Source of the DNA: Planctomycetota bacterium
GTDB taxonomy: Bacteria > Planctomycetota > UBA11346
Reading direction: 5' to 3'
Length of the DNA: 64,000 nt
Assembly (NCBI GenBank): GCA_038318565.1
Contig: JBBQCI010000001.1
Span: 42,724-106,723 of the forward strand
Below, piece by piece: positions 24,282 to 33,627 of this stretch. The first letter of the stretch is position 1. Each line of letters begins with the position of its first letter. Both the position numbers and the translations under genes were made by a program. Under the pieces are notes generated by a model. The model worked only from the letters and a program-made list of their open reading frames with translations, was not told the DNA's origin and did no database searches.

Positions 24282-25685
24282 ATGCGCATCCCGTTCAGCC
24301 AGTGGCGGCACGGCAGTCCGGTGCGGCGGGGACTGTTCTACGCCATGGTCGAAGGCGGCGTGGTCGGAGGCATGGTCGTGGCCATGGAGGCGTGGATGGT
24401 ACCACTGCTGCAGATCAGCCTGGGGGCAGCGGTGTTCGTGGTCGGACTCCTGACACTGATCCCGCAATTGGGCATGATCGGCTTGTCTCCCTTCGCCCGA
24501 CCCATGATCCAGCGCCTCGGAGGCCCCAAACGGGCCGCCATCCTCGCCTGCTGGTGGCAGGTGACCATCATCGGTCTGCTGTCGATCCCGCTGCACGCCC
24601 CAGAGCAACCGTGGGCGGTGCCGATGGCCGTCACCCTGATCTGCTGCTTTGGTCTTAGTGCCGTATTCGGCGGTCCGGCCTGGGTGGCCTGGGTCTCCGG
24701 CTTCGTCCCGCGACAGATCAGCGGCCGTTACCAGGCCCGGCGGATGCGCCTCTTCAACGTGATCAAGCTGCTTTTCGCGGCTGTGTTTGCCGGCCTCGCC
24801 CACTTCATGCCGCTCGACAAGGGGAGCGAAGGCCTGCAACTGATCCTGGCTTTGGCGTTGCTGTCGCGCCTTGCCTCAATCTGGTGTCTGGAACGGCAAC
24901 CCTACATCGAACCGAAGGTAGATCGTGCTCCGATGTCAGCGCGTGCCGCAGAGGCGGCCACCGGCATGGGCGGATTCCTGCGCACCATGACCAGTACAGA
25001 CATTGGTCGCTGGACCCTGGTGTGGGCGACCTTCCAAGGCGGTGTCATGGTCGCCGGTCCGTTCTTCGCCAGCTACATGATCACAGCCAGTGACCAGGGC
25101 GGACTTGGTCTACGTGACTTCGATTACACCCTGCTGCTGTATGTCAGCGTGATCGCACGCATCCTGTTCTATCCGGTAGTCGGGCGGATGGTCGATCTGT
25201 TCGGTCCCCGCGCCGTGCTGCGCATCTGTTTCTGCATCATCCTCTTGCTGCCGGTTGCGTGGTCCCTGACGACTAGCCTGCCGATCCTCCTGCTCAACGA
25301 GGTGTTGGCCGGGGCGGCCTGGGCGGCCGCCGAGATCTCGATCGGGGCACTGATGTTCGCGTCGCATCCCGATCCCGATCGCCGGATGGAACTGATCGGC
25401 TATTTCAACACCATCAGCGCCTCGTGCATCGCCCTGGGTACGCTGCTCGGTACTGTCCTGATCGATCTGGTGCCGGCGATCGCCGGAAGCCGCTACCATA
25501 GCATATTCCTGATCAGCATGGCCCTGCGCTTACCAGGAGTGATCCTGGCTTTACGGTGGCTGCCCAGTCTGCGTCCGATTGGACCGAACGAAGGGCGTCA
25601 CTTAGTCCAAGCGCTACCTGGAGTGGAGCTGGTGAGTGCTTTCGGGCGTGGGCTCGCGAACCTGTTCCGCAGACCGTTCGACTGA
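24282..25685 (+). CDS. MFS transporter
   Basis: About 12 predicted TM helices. I start it at the in-frame ATG 24282 (MRIPFSQW...), because the longer ORF would overlap the convergent gene. The segments are hydrophobic and rich in Gly, Leu and Ala. Confidence 0.7.
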   Translation: MRIPFSQWRHGSPVRRGLFYAMVEGGVVGGMVVAMEAWMVPLLQISLGAAVFVVGLLTLIPQLGMIGLSPFARPMIQRLGGPKRAAILACWWQVTIIGLLSIPLHAPEQPWAVPMAVTLICCFGLSAVFGGPAWVAWVSGFVPRQISGRYQARRMRLFNVIKLLFAAVFAGLAHFMPLDKGSEGLQLILALALLSRLASIWCLERQPYIEPKVDRAPMSARAAEAATGMGGFLRTMTSTDIGRWTLVWATFQGGVMVAGPFFASYMITASDQGGLGLRDFDYTLLLYVSVIARILFYPVVGRMVDLFGPRAVLRICFCIILLLPVAWSLTTSLPILLLNEVLAGAAWAAAEISIGALMFASHPDPDRRMELIGYFNTISASCIALGTLLGTVLIDLVPAIAGSRYHSIFLISMALRLPGVILALRWLPSLRPIGPNEGRHLVQALPGVELVSAFGRGLANLFRRPFD

Positions 25686-26300
25686 TGGGGGTGCGACTGG
25701 ATCCCGCCGAGGTCGGACCGATTGGCCCAACCACAGCTTACCAGCCAGGTCGGCAGAATGTTCCCGTCCGACAACATCGAGCCGAGACTGATCGATCAGA
25801 TGCAGCACGTGGCCGGCTTCCGCTCCACGTCCCAGGCGGAATAGCGCTTCGGCGTGCAGGAGCCTAGTGGCCGGCAGTAGATCACCGGGGTTCACTAGTC
25901 CGACCTGGACACAGGTCGCGTCAATGCCTGCCCAGTCGCCTTGTTCCGCGAGGTAGGTGCATCGAGCCCGCCAGATGGGTCCGGCGGCCAGCGGACGGGC
26001 CACGGTTTCCCTCCTGGTGGCCTCGCCATCTGCCAAGACATCGGCGGTGGGCAACGCCTCGGTCTCTCGGAAAGCAATCGCTGCATCTTGCGCGCGCATG
26101 TCCGCAACCAGGTCGGAAACTCTGGCACTCAACGCAAGCAGCGCCGCCACGAACATCAGAGTCAGCACCAGCACTGCGGCAACCAGCACGCGCACCAGGT
26201 TACGCGGCTTGGCGATGGCGACCCGCGGCGGCAGGGCGGGCTCAGTGGTGCGCGACAACGCCTCAGCCAGTGAGGAGACGGATGGTTCGCGGGAGGCCAT
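25614..26300 (-). CDS. hypothetical bitopic membrane protein downstream of pilC
   Basis: 228 aa with one TM helix (LVRVLVAAVLVLTLMFVAALLAL). It lies 12 bp after the pilC stop on the same strand. Its 3' end overlaps the MFS gene by 72 bp, which lowers my confidence. Confidence 0.35.
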   Translation of the reverse strand: MASREPSVSSLAEALSRTTEPALPPRVAIAKPRNLVRVLVAAVLVLTLMFVAALLALSARVSDLVADMRAQDAAIAFRETEALPTADVLADGEATRRETVARPLAAGPIWRARCTYLAEQGDWAGIDATCVQVGLVNPGDLLPATRLLHAEALFRLGRGAEAGHVLHLIDQSRLDVVGREHSADLAGKLWLGQSVRPRRDPVAPPSVERSAEQVREPTPESTHQLHSR

Positions 26301-26312
26301 CAGGCTGATCCC

Positions 26313-27539
26313 TCAGGACAGCGTCTTCTGCAGTTCCAGGATCGGATAGAAGATGGCGATCACGATGGTGCCGACGATCGTGCCCATGATGCCCAACATG
26401 ATCGGTTCGATCAGCGAAGTCAGCGCTTTCACCGTGGCATGGATCTGCTCGTCGTAAAAGTCCGAGATCTTGGCAAGTAACTGTTCCAACGCACCGGACT
26501 TCTCGCCGATGCCGATCATGCGCGTGACCATTGGGGGGAACACCCAGGCGGTCTTCAGGTGACTGGTCAGCGATTCACCCCGCTTAACTTGGTCACGAGT
26601 CGCTAGCAGCGTGTCTTCCAACACCGCATTGCCCGACGTCGATGCGACGATTTCGAGAGCTGCCAGCAAAGGCACGCCCGAGGCGAGCAGAGTCGACATG
26701 GTGCGGGCGAAGCGGCTGATCGCGACTTTCTGGCCAAGCGGGCCGAACACCGGCGCCTTGAGCATCCAGGTATCATTCATACGCCTGAAGTCGCGGTTAG
26801 TCATTGCCAACTTGTAGCCGAAATACGCGGCAAGACTCGCCCCGATCACCACATACCAGCGATCCTGCAGGAATTGCGAGCAGTCGAGCACGAATACCGT
26901 GATGCCGGGCAGCTTGGCATTCAGGCTCTTGAACATTGATTCGAACTTGGGGACGACAAACACCAGCAGGTAGGCGGTGATGCCCAGGACCAGGATCAGT
27001 GAGATCACCGGATAGGTCATCGCTGACTTGATCTCGCGCTTCAGCGATTCATTGGCCTCCAGGAAGTCGGCGAGACGGCCAAGGATGATGTCGAGCTGAC
27101 CAGAGGCCTCGCCCGCCTTCACCATGTTGATATAGATGTCAGGGAAGATGCGGGGGAAGCGGGTCATCGCTTCGGACAGTTCTGTGCCGCCGCGGACCAG
27201 ATCGGCGCATTCCTGAAGACCCATGCCGAAGCCTTTGTTCTGATCCATGGTCTGTTCAGATAGGATCTCGAAGGCTTCGAGCAGCGGGATGCCGGCGCCA
27301 ATCATGGTCGCCATCTGGCGAGTGAAGAGCGCCAGTTCCGAGGTGTTGGCCTTGCGCGCGACCGCACCGAGGCTCATGAAGCCACCCGGTTTGATGTCGA
27401 TGCGCTTGACCCCGGTCACCACTAGGTTCTGCGACTTCAACTTGGTATTGGCCTCGGCCTCGTTGTCGGCCTCGATCTGGCCCTTTACATCGATACCCGC
27501 TGAGTTGCGGGCGGTATAGGCGAACTTCTGCTTTGCCAC
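26313..27539 (-). CDS. pilC: type II secretion / type IV pilus platform protein, GspF/PilC family
   Basis: The two repeated T2SSF domains are present (ALFTRQMATMIGAGIPLLEAFEIL and SRFARTMSTLLASGVPLLAALEIV), with three TM segments. I place the start at GTG 27539, which has an AGGAG ribosome-binding site 5 nt upstream. Confidence 0.85.
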   Translation of the reverse strand: MAKQKFAYTARNSAGIDVKGQIEADNEAEANTKLKSQNLVVTGVKRIDIKPGGFMSLGAVARKANTSELALFTRQMATMIGAGIPLLEAFEILSEQTMDQNKGFGMGLQECADLVRGGTELSEAMTRFPRIFPDIYINMVKAGEASGQLDIILGRLADFLEANESLKREIKSAMTYPVISLILVLGITAYLLVFVVPKFESMFKSLNAKLPGITVFVLDCSQFLQDRWYVVIGASLAAYFGYKLAMTNRDFRRMNDTWMLKAPVFGPLGQKVAISRFARTMSTLLASGVPLLAALEIVASTSGNAVLEDTLLATRDQVKRGESLTSHLKTAWVFPPMVTRMIGIGEKSGALEQLLAKISDFYDEQIHATVKALTSLIEPIMLGIMGTIVGTIVIAIFYPILELQKTLS

Positions 27540-27769
27540 GGCGGCTCCTGGAAAGAGGTCTGCCCATACTATGCGGTCCCGCGTAAGGCCGCAACTGGAC
27601 AAACGGCACTAGGAGCCTGTCGGAGATTCTCCGCTAGGCTTTTGGCTTTCGCGGATTCAGCCTCCCTTTGGTCACGAGTTTGCGGAAACCGCGAAAACAG
27701 GCTCTTTGCGCAAGAGGCAAGCCCGGCAAGCCCACTTTGACCCCCTAGTCGCCTGTCTCCGACAGGCTC

Positions 27770-28381
27770 TTAGCGGCCATCGTCGCGCTCGGCCCAGGCA
27801 CGGTCCACGGCTGCGCGGAGGGGTTCCGCCATCATGATCGGGGGCCGATCGACCAGGATTCCCGCCCCGGCAAGCAGATCAGTTGTGAAATCATGGCAGT
27901 TCGTGCGCAGCGACCAGTCGTGGGTCGACGGCCACCAACAGCTACCCGGACGGATGGCAACGGGGTCTCCACGAGCCACCCAGGTCCGCAATCGAGCCTG
28001 GAGTCCCTCCAGATCCCTGCGACTGACGGGAAATGCCCAGATCCGCACCATGTCTGGTTTGGTCCCGCCACAGCGGTGCACCCACCAATCAACGTTGTCG
28101 ATCTGGACGCCTCCGTCGCCAGGGGCGATGGCCAGCCGCAGGGCCGCCAGGGTGCCAGAGGCCCGACCGCTGATCCAATGTTGCTCACCGAAATGCACCG
28201 CAACCCAGCGACGCTCGACTTCCGCTGGCAGCATTTCGGCCGGTAGATCGCCATGCGCCAGCATGATCCCACTGTGGAAATCATCGGCGAACACCAGGAC
28301 CAGGGCATCTGGATGGCTCGGTTCCCGCACAACCGTGCCGCAACCGCCCAGCAATAGCACGCTCAGAACGATCCAGCGCAT
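27770..28381 (-). CDS. hypothetical lipoprotein
   Basis: The signal peptide MRWIVLSVLLLGGCG has a lipobox-like LLGGC. The body is a roughly 180-aa Trp-rich domain. No family recognised. Confidence 0.45.
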   Translation of the reverse strand: MRWIVLSVLLLGGCGTVVREPSHPDALVLVFADDFHSGIMLAHGDLPAEMLPAEVERRWVAVHFGEQHWISGRASGTLAALRLAIAPGDGGVQIDNVDWWVHRCGGTKPDMVRIWAFPVSRRDLEGLQARLRTWVARGDPVAIRPGSCWWPSTHDWSLRTNCHDFTTDLLAGAGILVDRPPIMMAEPLRAAVDRAWAERDDGR

Positions 28382-28456
28382 TGCTATAGGCTGCCGCCCC
28401 CCCCTCGGCCGGCAAGGTGCTTGCCCAGGAGGCACCTACGCGGCACCATCCCGGCC

Positions 28457-29428
28457 ATGATTGTGGCTTGGTCTGTCGGCGAGAAGGGTCTGGTCAAACA
28501 GGATGTCGTCGGAGCCGCGATTCCCGGCAACGCGATCTGGCTCGACTGCATCGACATGTCACCCGAGGAGGAGTCCGGACTCGAGGCAGCATTGCACCTC
28601 GACATGCCCACTCGGGCCGAAATGCAGGAGATCGAGGCCAGCAGCCGGCTCTACCGCGCGGGCGGCGCCGTCTACATGACCGCGACCATGCTGGTCAAGA
28701 CCGAGACCGAACAGCCCGAGGGCACCCCGGTCACCTTTATTCTGTCCCGTTCGTGCCTGGTGACCCTGCGTTATGCCGAGCCGTGGAGCTTCCGCACCTT
28801 CTCAGTCAGGGCCTGCAAGAGCGACGCGAACACCGCAGAACTGGTCTTCATCAGTCTGTTGGAAACCACGGTTGAACGTCTGGCCGACATGCTTGAGTTG
28901 GTGTCACTTGAGCTCGAACGCATTCAGCAACAGATCTTCCGCCGCAAAGGGATCTCTGCCGATCTCAATCTTGAGCGGATCCTCTACAAGATCGGTCACT
29001 GCGGCAACATCGTTGGTAAGGCACGTGAATCCCTGGTCGACAAGAATCGCCTGCTGCACTTCTCCGAAAGCGCCAGCACCGAGTGGTGCCCCGAGGGCCG
29101 CTCGCGCATTCGCGGCGTACTCAACGACATCGCGTCGCTGACCGATCACTCCAGCTACACGGCCGGTAAGATCGCCTTCCTACTCGACGCGACCCTTGGG
29201 CTGATCAACAACAACGTCAATCAGCAGATGAAGCGCATGACCATGATCATGCTCGCCGTGCTGTGGCCTGCCCTGGTCAGCGGATTTTTCGCCATGAACG
29301 TGCAACTGCCCTTCCCTCAGCAGGGGGCGGCATGGCCATTCTATCTCTGTCTGACCCTGGCCTTCGGCCCGCTCGTGGGCGGATTCATCTGGTGGTTCCG
29401 TCAACAACGGCGCATGCGTAACCGCTGA
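28457..29428 (+). CDS. corA: CorA-family divalent cation transporter
   Basis: Two C-terminal TM helices carry the motif FFAMNVQLPFP, a variant of the CorA GMN motif. Upstream is a cytoplasmic funnel domain. Start is at ATG 28457. Confidence 0.75.
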   Translation: MIVAWSVGEKGLVKQDVVGAAIPGNAIWLDCIDMSPEEESGLEAALHLDMPTRAEMQEIEASSRLYRAGGAVYMTATMLVKTETEQPEGTPVTFILSRSCLVTLRYAEPWSFRTFSVRACKSDANTAELVFISLLETTVERLADMLELVSLELERIQQQIFRRKGISADLNLERILYKIGHCGNIVGKARESLVDKNRLLHFSESASTEWCPEGRSRIRGVLNDIASLTDHSSYTAGKIAFLLDATLGLINNNVNQQMKRMTMIMLAVLWPALVSGFFAMNVQLPFPQQGAAWPFYLCLTLAFGPLVGGFIWWFRQQRRMRNR

Positions 29429-30678
29429 TGTCCCTACCGGCTTCCCTCGCTGGAACCCGGGTCCTGGTGTGGGGTCTCGGCCGTCATGGTGGTGGTCTCG
29501 CGGCAGCCAGATTGTGCCGGTCGGAAGGTGCCCTCGTCACCATCCTCGACAACAAACCAGCTGACCAATGTGGTGAGGATGGCGTCAGCGCGCTGCGCGA
29601 GGGCTACGCCTGCGTGGTCGGCGATGCCCAACATGCCGAATTCCGGACAGCTGAGTTGATCGTCCCATCGCCAGCCATCCCACCGCGCGCCTGGCCGGCG
29701 TCACATCCGCCATTCGCAAGTCCGGAAGCCCTCGCCCTGCAGCGCCACCGTGGTCGCCGCATCGGGGTGACTGGAACCAAAGGCAAAAGCACCACCGCCA
29801 TGCTGACCGGCGCCTTGCTCGGCTGGCAGGTGGCTGGGAACTCGTGGCGACCGCTGTGCGAAGAGGTGCTGAAGGATCCCACCGCCGACCTGGTCTGCGA
29901 ACTGTCCAGTTTCCAGCTGTGGTATCTGCGCGACGTCCGACCCCATTTCCAGGCTGCGATCATGACCACGTTAGCGGTCGACCACCTCGACTGGCACCCG
30001 GATCTCGCCCATTACCACACTGCCAAACTCGCCTTGCTGGATTGGTCGGATGCCGTCGCCGCCCCGTCGCACGTGCTTGGGCAGCTTCGCCCCGGACTGC
30101 CGATGCTGCCCCTGGCCGACCTGCCGAAGGCTGCCGAGTTGCGGGTTCCTGGTCCGCACAATCTGGTCAATGCCGCCTTGGCCCTGGCGGTCGCCAGGCA
30201 TCTCAGAGCGCCCGAGCAGGAGTTGGCCGCCCGACTGCGGTCCGCCGAACCGCTACCCCATCGCCTGCGTACCGTCCATCAATCTTCCGGCATCGCCTTC
30301 GTCGACGACTCGATTGCCACCACACCCGAGGCGGCGATGGCTGGACTCGCATCCTTCGAGGGGCCGCTCGCCGTAATTCTCGGCGGCAGCGACAAAGGCG
30401 CGACCTTCGACGCCCTAGCCAAAACCGTGGCCAGCCGACAAGCGACACCCATCCTGCTGGGCGCCACCGCCAAGAGTATACAGAATGCTCTTCACCAGGC
30501 AGGCGTCCAAGCCCCGATCGCCACCGACCTGGACGAGGCCGTACGCTTGGCAGGCCGTGCTGTCGTCGGAGGCGGCACTGTGCTGCTGTCACCGGCATGC
30601 GCCTCGTTTGACCTCTTCCACGGCTTCGAACATCGCGGCGACTGCTTCGCTGACGCAAGCCGGCGGCTGTTCCCGTAG
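29428..30678 (+). CDS. murD: UDP-N-acetylmuramoyl-L-alanine--D-glutamate ligase
   Basis: It has the Mur-ligase P-loop GVTGTKGKSTTAMLTG and the MurD C-terminus VLLSPACASFDLFHGFEHRGDCF. The ATG overlaps the corA stop (ATGA). Confidence 0.75.
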   Translation: MSLPASLAGTRVLVWGLGRHGGGLAAARLCRSEGALVTILDNKPADQCGEDGVSALREGYACVVGDAQHAEFRTAELIVPSPAIPPRAWPASHPPFASPEALALQRHRGRRIGVTGTKGKSTTAMLTGALLGWQVAGNSWRPLCEEVLKDPTADLVCELSSFQLWYLRDVRPHFQAAIMTTLAVDHLDWHPDLAHYHTAKLALLDWSDAVAAPSHVLGQLRPGLPMLPLADLPKAAELRVPGPHNLVNAALALAVARHLRAPEQELAARLRSAEPLPHRLRTVHQSSGIAFVDDSIATTPEAAMAGLASFEGPLAVILGGSDKGATFDALAKTVASRQATPILLGATAKSIQNALHQAGVQAPIATDLDEAVRLAGRAVVGGGTVLLSPACASFDLFHGFEHRGDCFADASRRLFP

Positions 30679-30710
30679 CACACCCGTCCCGTTCCATAGC
30701 GTCCTGCCGC

Positions 30711-32339
30711 ATGCTGCCTTCCATCGTTGCGACCGGCCCGACCAGTCCGCGCCATCTGGTCGGCTTCGATCCCCGCCGACGGCCAGGTCTCGAGACTGAA
30801 GTTCTGGTCATCGGCGGCGGTATCGCCGGCCTGTCCGCCGCCATCGCTGCGGCAGAAGCCGGACGCGAGGTCCTGATCCTGTGCAAAGGCGAACTCAACG
30901 TCTCAAACACCGCCTGGGCCCAAGGCGGCGTCGCCGCGGTACTGGGGGCGGATGAGCGCTCGTCTGACGATGGCGTCGCCCTGCATGTGCAGGACACCTT
31001 GATCGCCGGAGCCGGTTTGTGCCACGAACCAGCAGTCCGGACGATCATCGGCGCAGCAGAACCGGCGATGGACTTCCTTCGTCAGGCCGGCTGCCGTTTC
31101 GACGGCGGCGCCGATGGCATGCCGCATCTCGCCCGCGAGGGCGGCCACAGCACCCGACGCATCCTGCACGCCCACGGCGACGCCACTGGTGCCGAGATCG
31201 CCCGTGCCCTGGCGGCGGCCGTACGTGCCCATCCCCGCATCACCATTATCGAACGCGCCTTCGCGATCGATCTGCTCGACCAGGGAGGACGCATCGGAGG
31301 AGCCTCGTACGGCCATCGCGACGAGGTCTATGCAGTGCGTGCCGGGGCGACGGTGCTGGCCACTGGCGGCTGCGGTGCCGCCTGGCGTGAGACGACGAAT
31401 CCCGCGCTAGCCACCGGCGACGGACTCGCCCTGGCCTACCGCGCCGGCGCAACCCTCGCTGATCTCGAGTTCATGCAATTCCACCCGACCACGCTGTACG
31501 TGGCCGGAGCCGCCCGTCTGCTCATCACCGAGGCGATGCGGGGCGAAGGCGCTTTGCTCAAGAATGCGGACGGCGAACGGTTCATGCCGCGTTACCACGC
31601 CGATGCCGAACTGGCACCGCGTGACGTGGTGACCCGGGCCATCGTCGCTGAGATCCGCCGCACCGGATTCCCTCACGTCTGGTTGGACGCCACCCATCTG
31701 GGCCCGGCCTTCCTCAAAGAGCGCTTTCCAACCATCCATCTGGCCTGTGCCCGCTTCGGCATCGATATCGCAACGGCGTGGATGCCGGTCCATCCCAGCG
31801 CCCACTATCACTGCGGCGGGATCGTCAGCGACCCACGCGGACGCACCGCCCTGGCAGGCCTGTGGACTGCTGGCGAAGTCGGATGCACCGGGCTGCACGG
31901 CGCCAACCGGCTTGCCTCCAATAGCCTGCTGGAGGGCGTTGTGGTCGGACTGGCCGCCGGAGCCGATGCCGCCGCTGATTGCGTCATGCCTGGACTGCTG
32001 CGCGCCGAGCACCGCGCCCCAGTGGTCGAGAACCTGGACGTTGCCGATCTGGTCGGATCGCTCCGCTCGCTCATGTGGCGCAGCGTCGGCATCGAACGCA
32101 ACGCCCGCGAACTTGGCCTGGCAAGGCGCTCGATCGCATTCTGGATGGGGCATCAGGCGAACGGTTTCCTGCGCACCCCGCCAGGCTGGGAGTTGCAGAA
32201 TCTCCTGCTGATCGGAGCCCTGATTGCGCAAGCAGCCGAGCTGCGCACGGCCTCGGTAGGTACCCACACCCGCAGCGATAGCACCGGCGCAATCGCTAGC
32301 GGACACTACGCCTTGCGCCGCGAGGGATCCCATGACTGA
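30711..32339 (+). CDS. nadB: L-aspartate oxidase (FAD flavoprotein, succinate-dehydrogenase/fumarate-reductase family)
   Basis: It has the dinucleotide fold VLVIGGGIAGLSAAIAAAEAG and SNTAWAQGGVAAVL. The active-site region reads HPSAHYHCGGI...GLWTAGEVGCTGLHGANRLASNSLLEGVV. The true start may be a few codons inside the ORF. Confidence 0.7.
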   Translation: MLPSIVATGPTSPRHLVGFDPRRRPGLETEVLVIGGGIAGLSAAIAAAEAGREVLILCKGELNVSNTAWAQGGVAAVLGADERSSDDGVALHVQDTLIAGAGLCHEPAVRTIIGAAEPAMDFLRQAGCRFDGGADGMPHLAREGGHSTRRILHAHGDATGAEIARALAAAVRAHPRITIIERAFAIDLLDQGGRIGGASYGHRDEVYAVRAGATVLATGGCGAAWRETTNPALATGDGLALAYRAGATLADLEFMQFHPTTLYVAGAARLLITEAMRGEGALLKNADGERFMPRYHADAELAPRDVVTRAIVAEIRRTGFPHVWLDATHLGPAFLKERFPTIHLACARFGIDIATAWMPVHPSAHYHCGGIVSDPRGRTALAGLWTAGEVGCTGLHGANRLASNSLLEGVVVGLAAGADAAADCVMPGLLRAEHRAPVVENLDVADLVGSLRSLMWRSVGIERNARELGLARRSIAFWMGHQANGFLRTPPGWELQNLLLIGALIAQAAELRTASVGTHTRSDSTGAIASGHYALRREGSHD

Positions 32340-32658
32340 CAGTGACGACCTCCGCTGGAGCCCAGTCGGCCAAGTTACCGAATTCAACGATGGCACGGGA
32401 CGGGTCGTCATGGTCGGCGCCCGGCGCATCGCCGTGTTCCGCACTGGCGAGCGCTTCCGCGCCTTGAAGGACGCCTGCCCGCATGCCGGCGTCTCGCTTG
32501 CGATGGGCTATCTTCACGAAGATACCGTGGTCTGCCCGGCCCACTCCTGGGGATTCAATCTTGATGACGGCCGCTGCACCCTGGGCCCGGCCAGCGCCAA
32601 AGCCGGCTGCTATGCGGTTCGCGCCATCAATGGCATGGTGGAAATCGGCATCCCCTGA
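32332..32658 (+). CDS. Rieske [2Fe-2S] domain protein, NirD-like small subunit
   Basis: Rieske ligand boxes CPHAGVSL and CPAHSWGF are present in a 108-aa protein. Its start overlaps the nadB stop by 8 nt. Confidence 0.7.
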   Translation: MTDSDDLRWSPVGQVTEFNDGTGRVVMVGARRIAVFRTGERFRALKDACPHAGVSLAMGYLHEDTVVCPAHSWGFNLDDGRCTLGPASAKAGCYAVRAINGMVEIGIP

Positions 32659-32679
32659 GATCTGAATCGGTCCGGCCGA

Positions 32680-33078
32680 TCAGAACGGGATAGCACCGCG
32701 GACGGTGCGCGCCATCATCGCCAGATCGGCCTGCAGGGCAGCGATCTCACCGGGTACCCCGGGCGCAGGCATCGCCGTGCGCGCTGGCGCCAACAGGTCA
32801 TCCAGGGCTGGCGCAGCCGGGATACGCATCACTGCCGCGGTCGGTGCTGCAACCTGCTCTGGACTGCCGCCGGCCTGGAACAGCCAGATCGACCCGGATG
32901 CCACAGCCAGAACTGCGGCTGCTGCTGCCAGCAAACGGGGCCATGGCAACCCTAGGCAATCGACGGTCCGCACACGGTGTGCTGGCACGGCAGCGCAAAT
33001 GCGCGTAACGAGATCTGGCCCGGCAGTCTGACTGATCGTGCTGGCCTCGCTGCGCAGGCGGGACGTAAGATCGCTCAT
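32680..33078 (-). CDS. putative anti-sigma factor (single TM) cognate to the ECF sigma factor
   Basis: 132 aa with one TM helix (LLAAAAAVLAVASGSIWLF). Its start overlaps the stop of the upstream ECF sigma gene. Confidence 0.4.
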   Translation of the reverse strand: MSDLTSRLRSEASTISQTAGPDLVTRICAAVPAHRVRTVDCLGLPWPRLLAAAAAVLAVASGSIWLFQAGGSPEQVAAPTAAVMRIPAAPALDDLLAPARTAMPAPGVPGEIAALQADLAMMARTVRGAIPF

Positions 33079-33626
33079 GACAGGGCCTCGGCAGTGGTGA
33101 ATGCAGGATCTGCGCGCAGGGCGTGCTCAAGCCGTCGTCGCGCGCGATGCAAGCGGACGCGGGCCGCTATCGGGTTGATGCCGATAACTCTGGCCACCTC
33201 AGCAGGTTCCATGTCTTCGGCATAGCGCAGCCACAAAGCCCGGTATTCGTCACTATTCAGGATGGAACGCGCGCGCGCCCACAGTCCCCCTGCCGGAACA
33301 ACATCTTCCTCCGCAGGAGGGGCAGCGATCTGGCAACTGTCCAGAGAAGTGTGCGGACGTCGGCGGGCCGCAAGGTCCCGTCGAACTCGATGCGCAATGG
33401 TGAACAGCCAGGTAGTGAAGGCCCAGCGGGGATCGTAACGGTCGATGGCAGCGTGGGCGCGCAGGAATGCCTCTTGGACCACATCTTCGGCATCGTGATG
33501 GCCCGTACCGGTGGCAACCAACCAGCGATGCAATCGTCCCGCATGGGCCTCGACCAGTGCTGCGAAGGCAACAGCATCGCCGCTGCCTGCCGCCGCCGCC
33601 AGACTACGGTCGTCCACCGCAGTCAT
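33075..33626 (-). CDS. ECF (sigma-70 family group 4) RNA polymerase sigma factor
   Basis: Region 2 reads DVVQEAFLRAHAAIDRYDP...FTTWLFTIAHRV. The region-4 HTH reads EPAEVARVIGINPIAARVRLHRARRRL. Confidence 0.85.
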   Translation of the reverse strand: MTAVDDRSLAAAAGSGDAVAFAALVEAHAGRLHRWLVATGTGHHDAEDVVQEAFLRAHAAIDRYDPRWAFTTWLFTIAHRVRRDLAARRRPHTSLDSCQIAAPPAEEDVVPAGGLWARARSILNSDEYRALWLRYAEDMEPAEVARVIGINPIAARVRLHRARRRLEHALRADPAFTTAEALS

Positions 33627-33627
33627 G

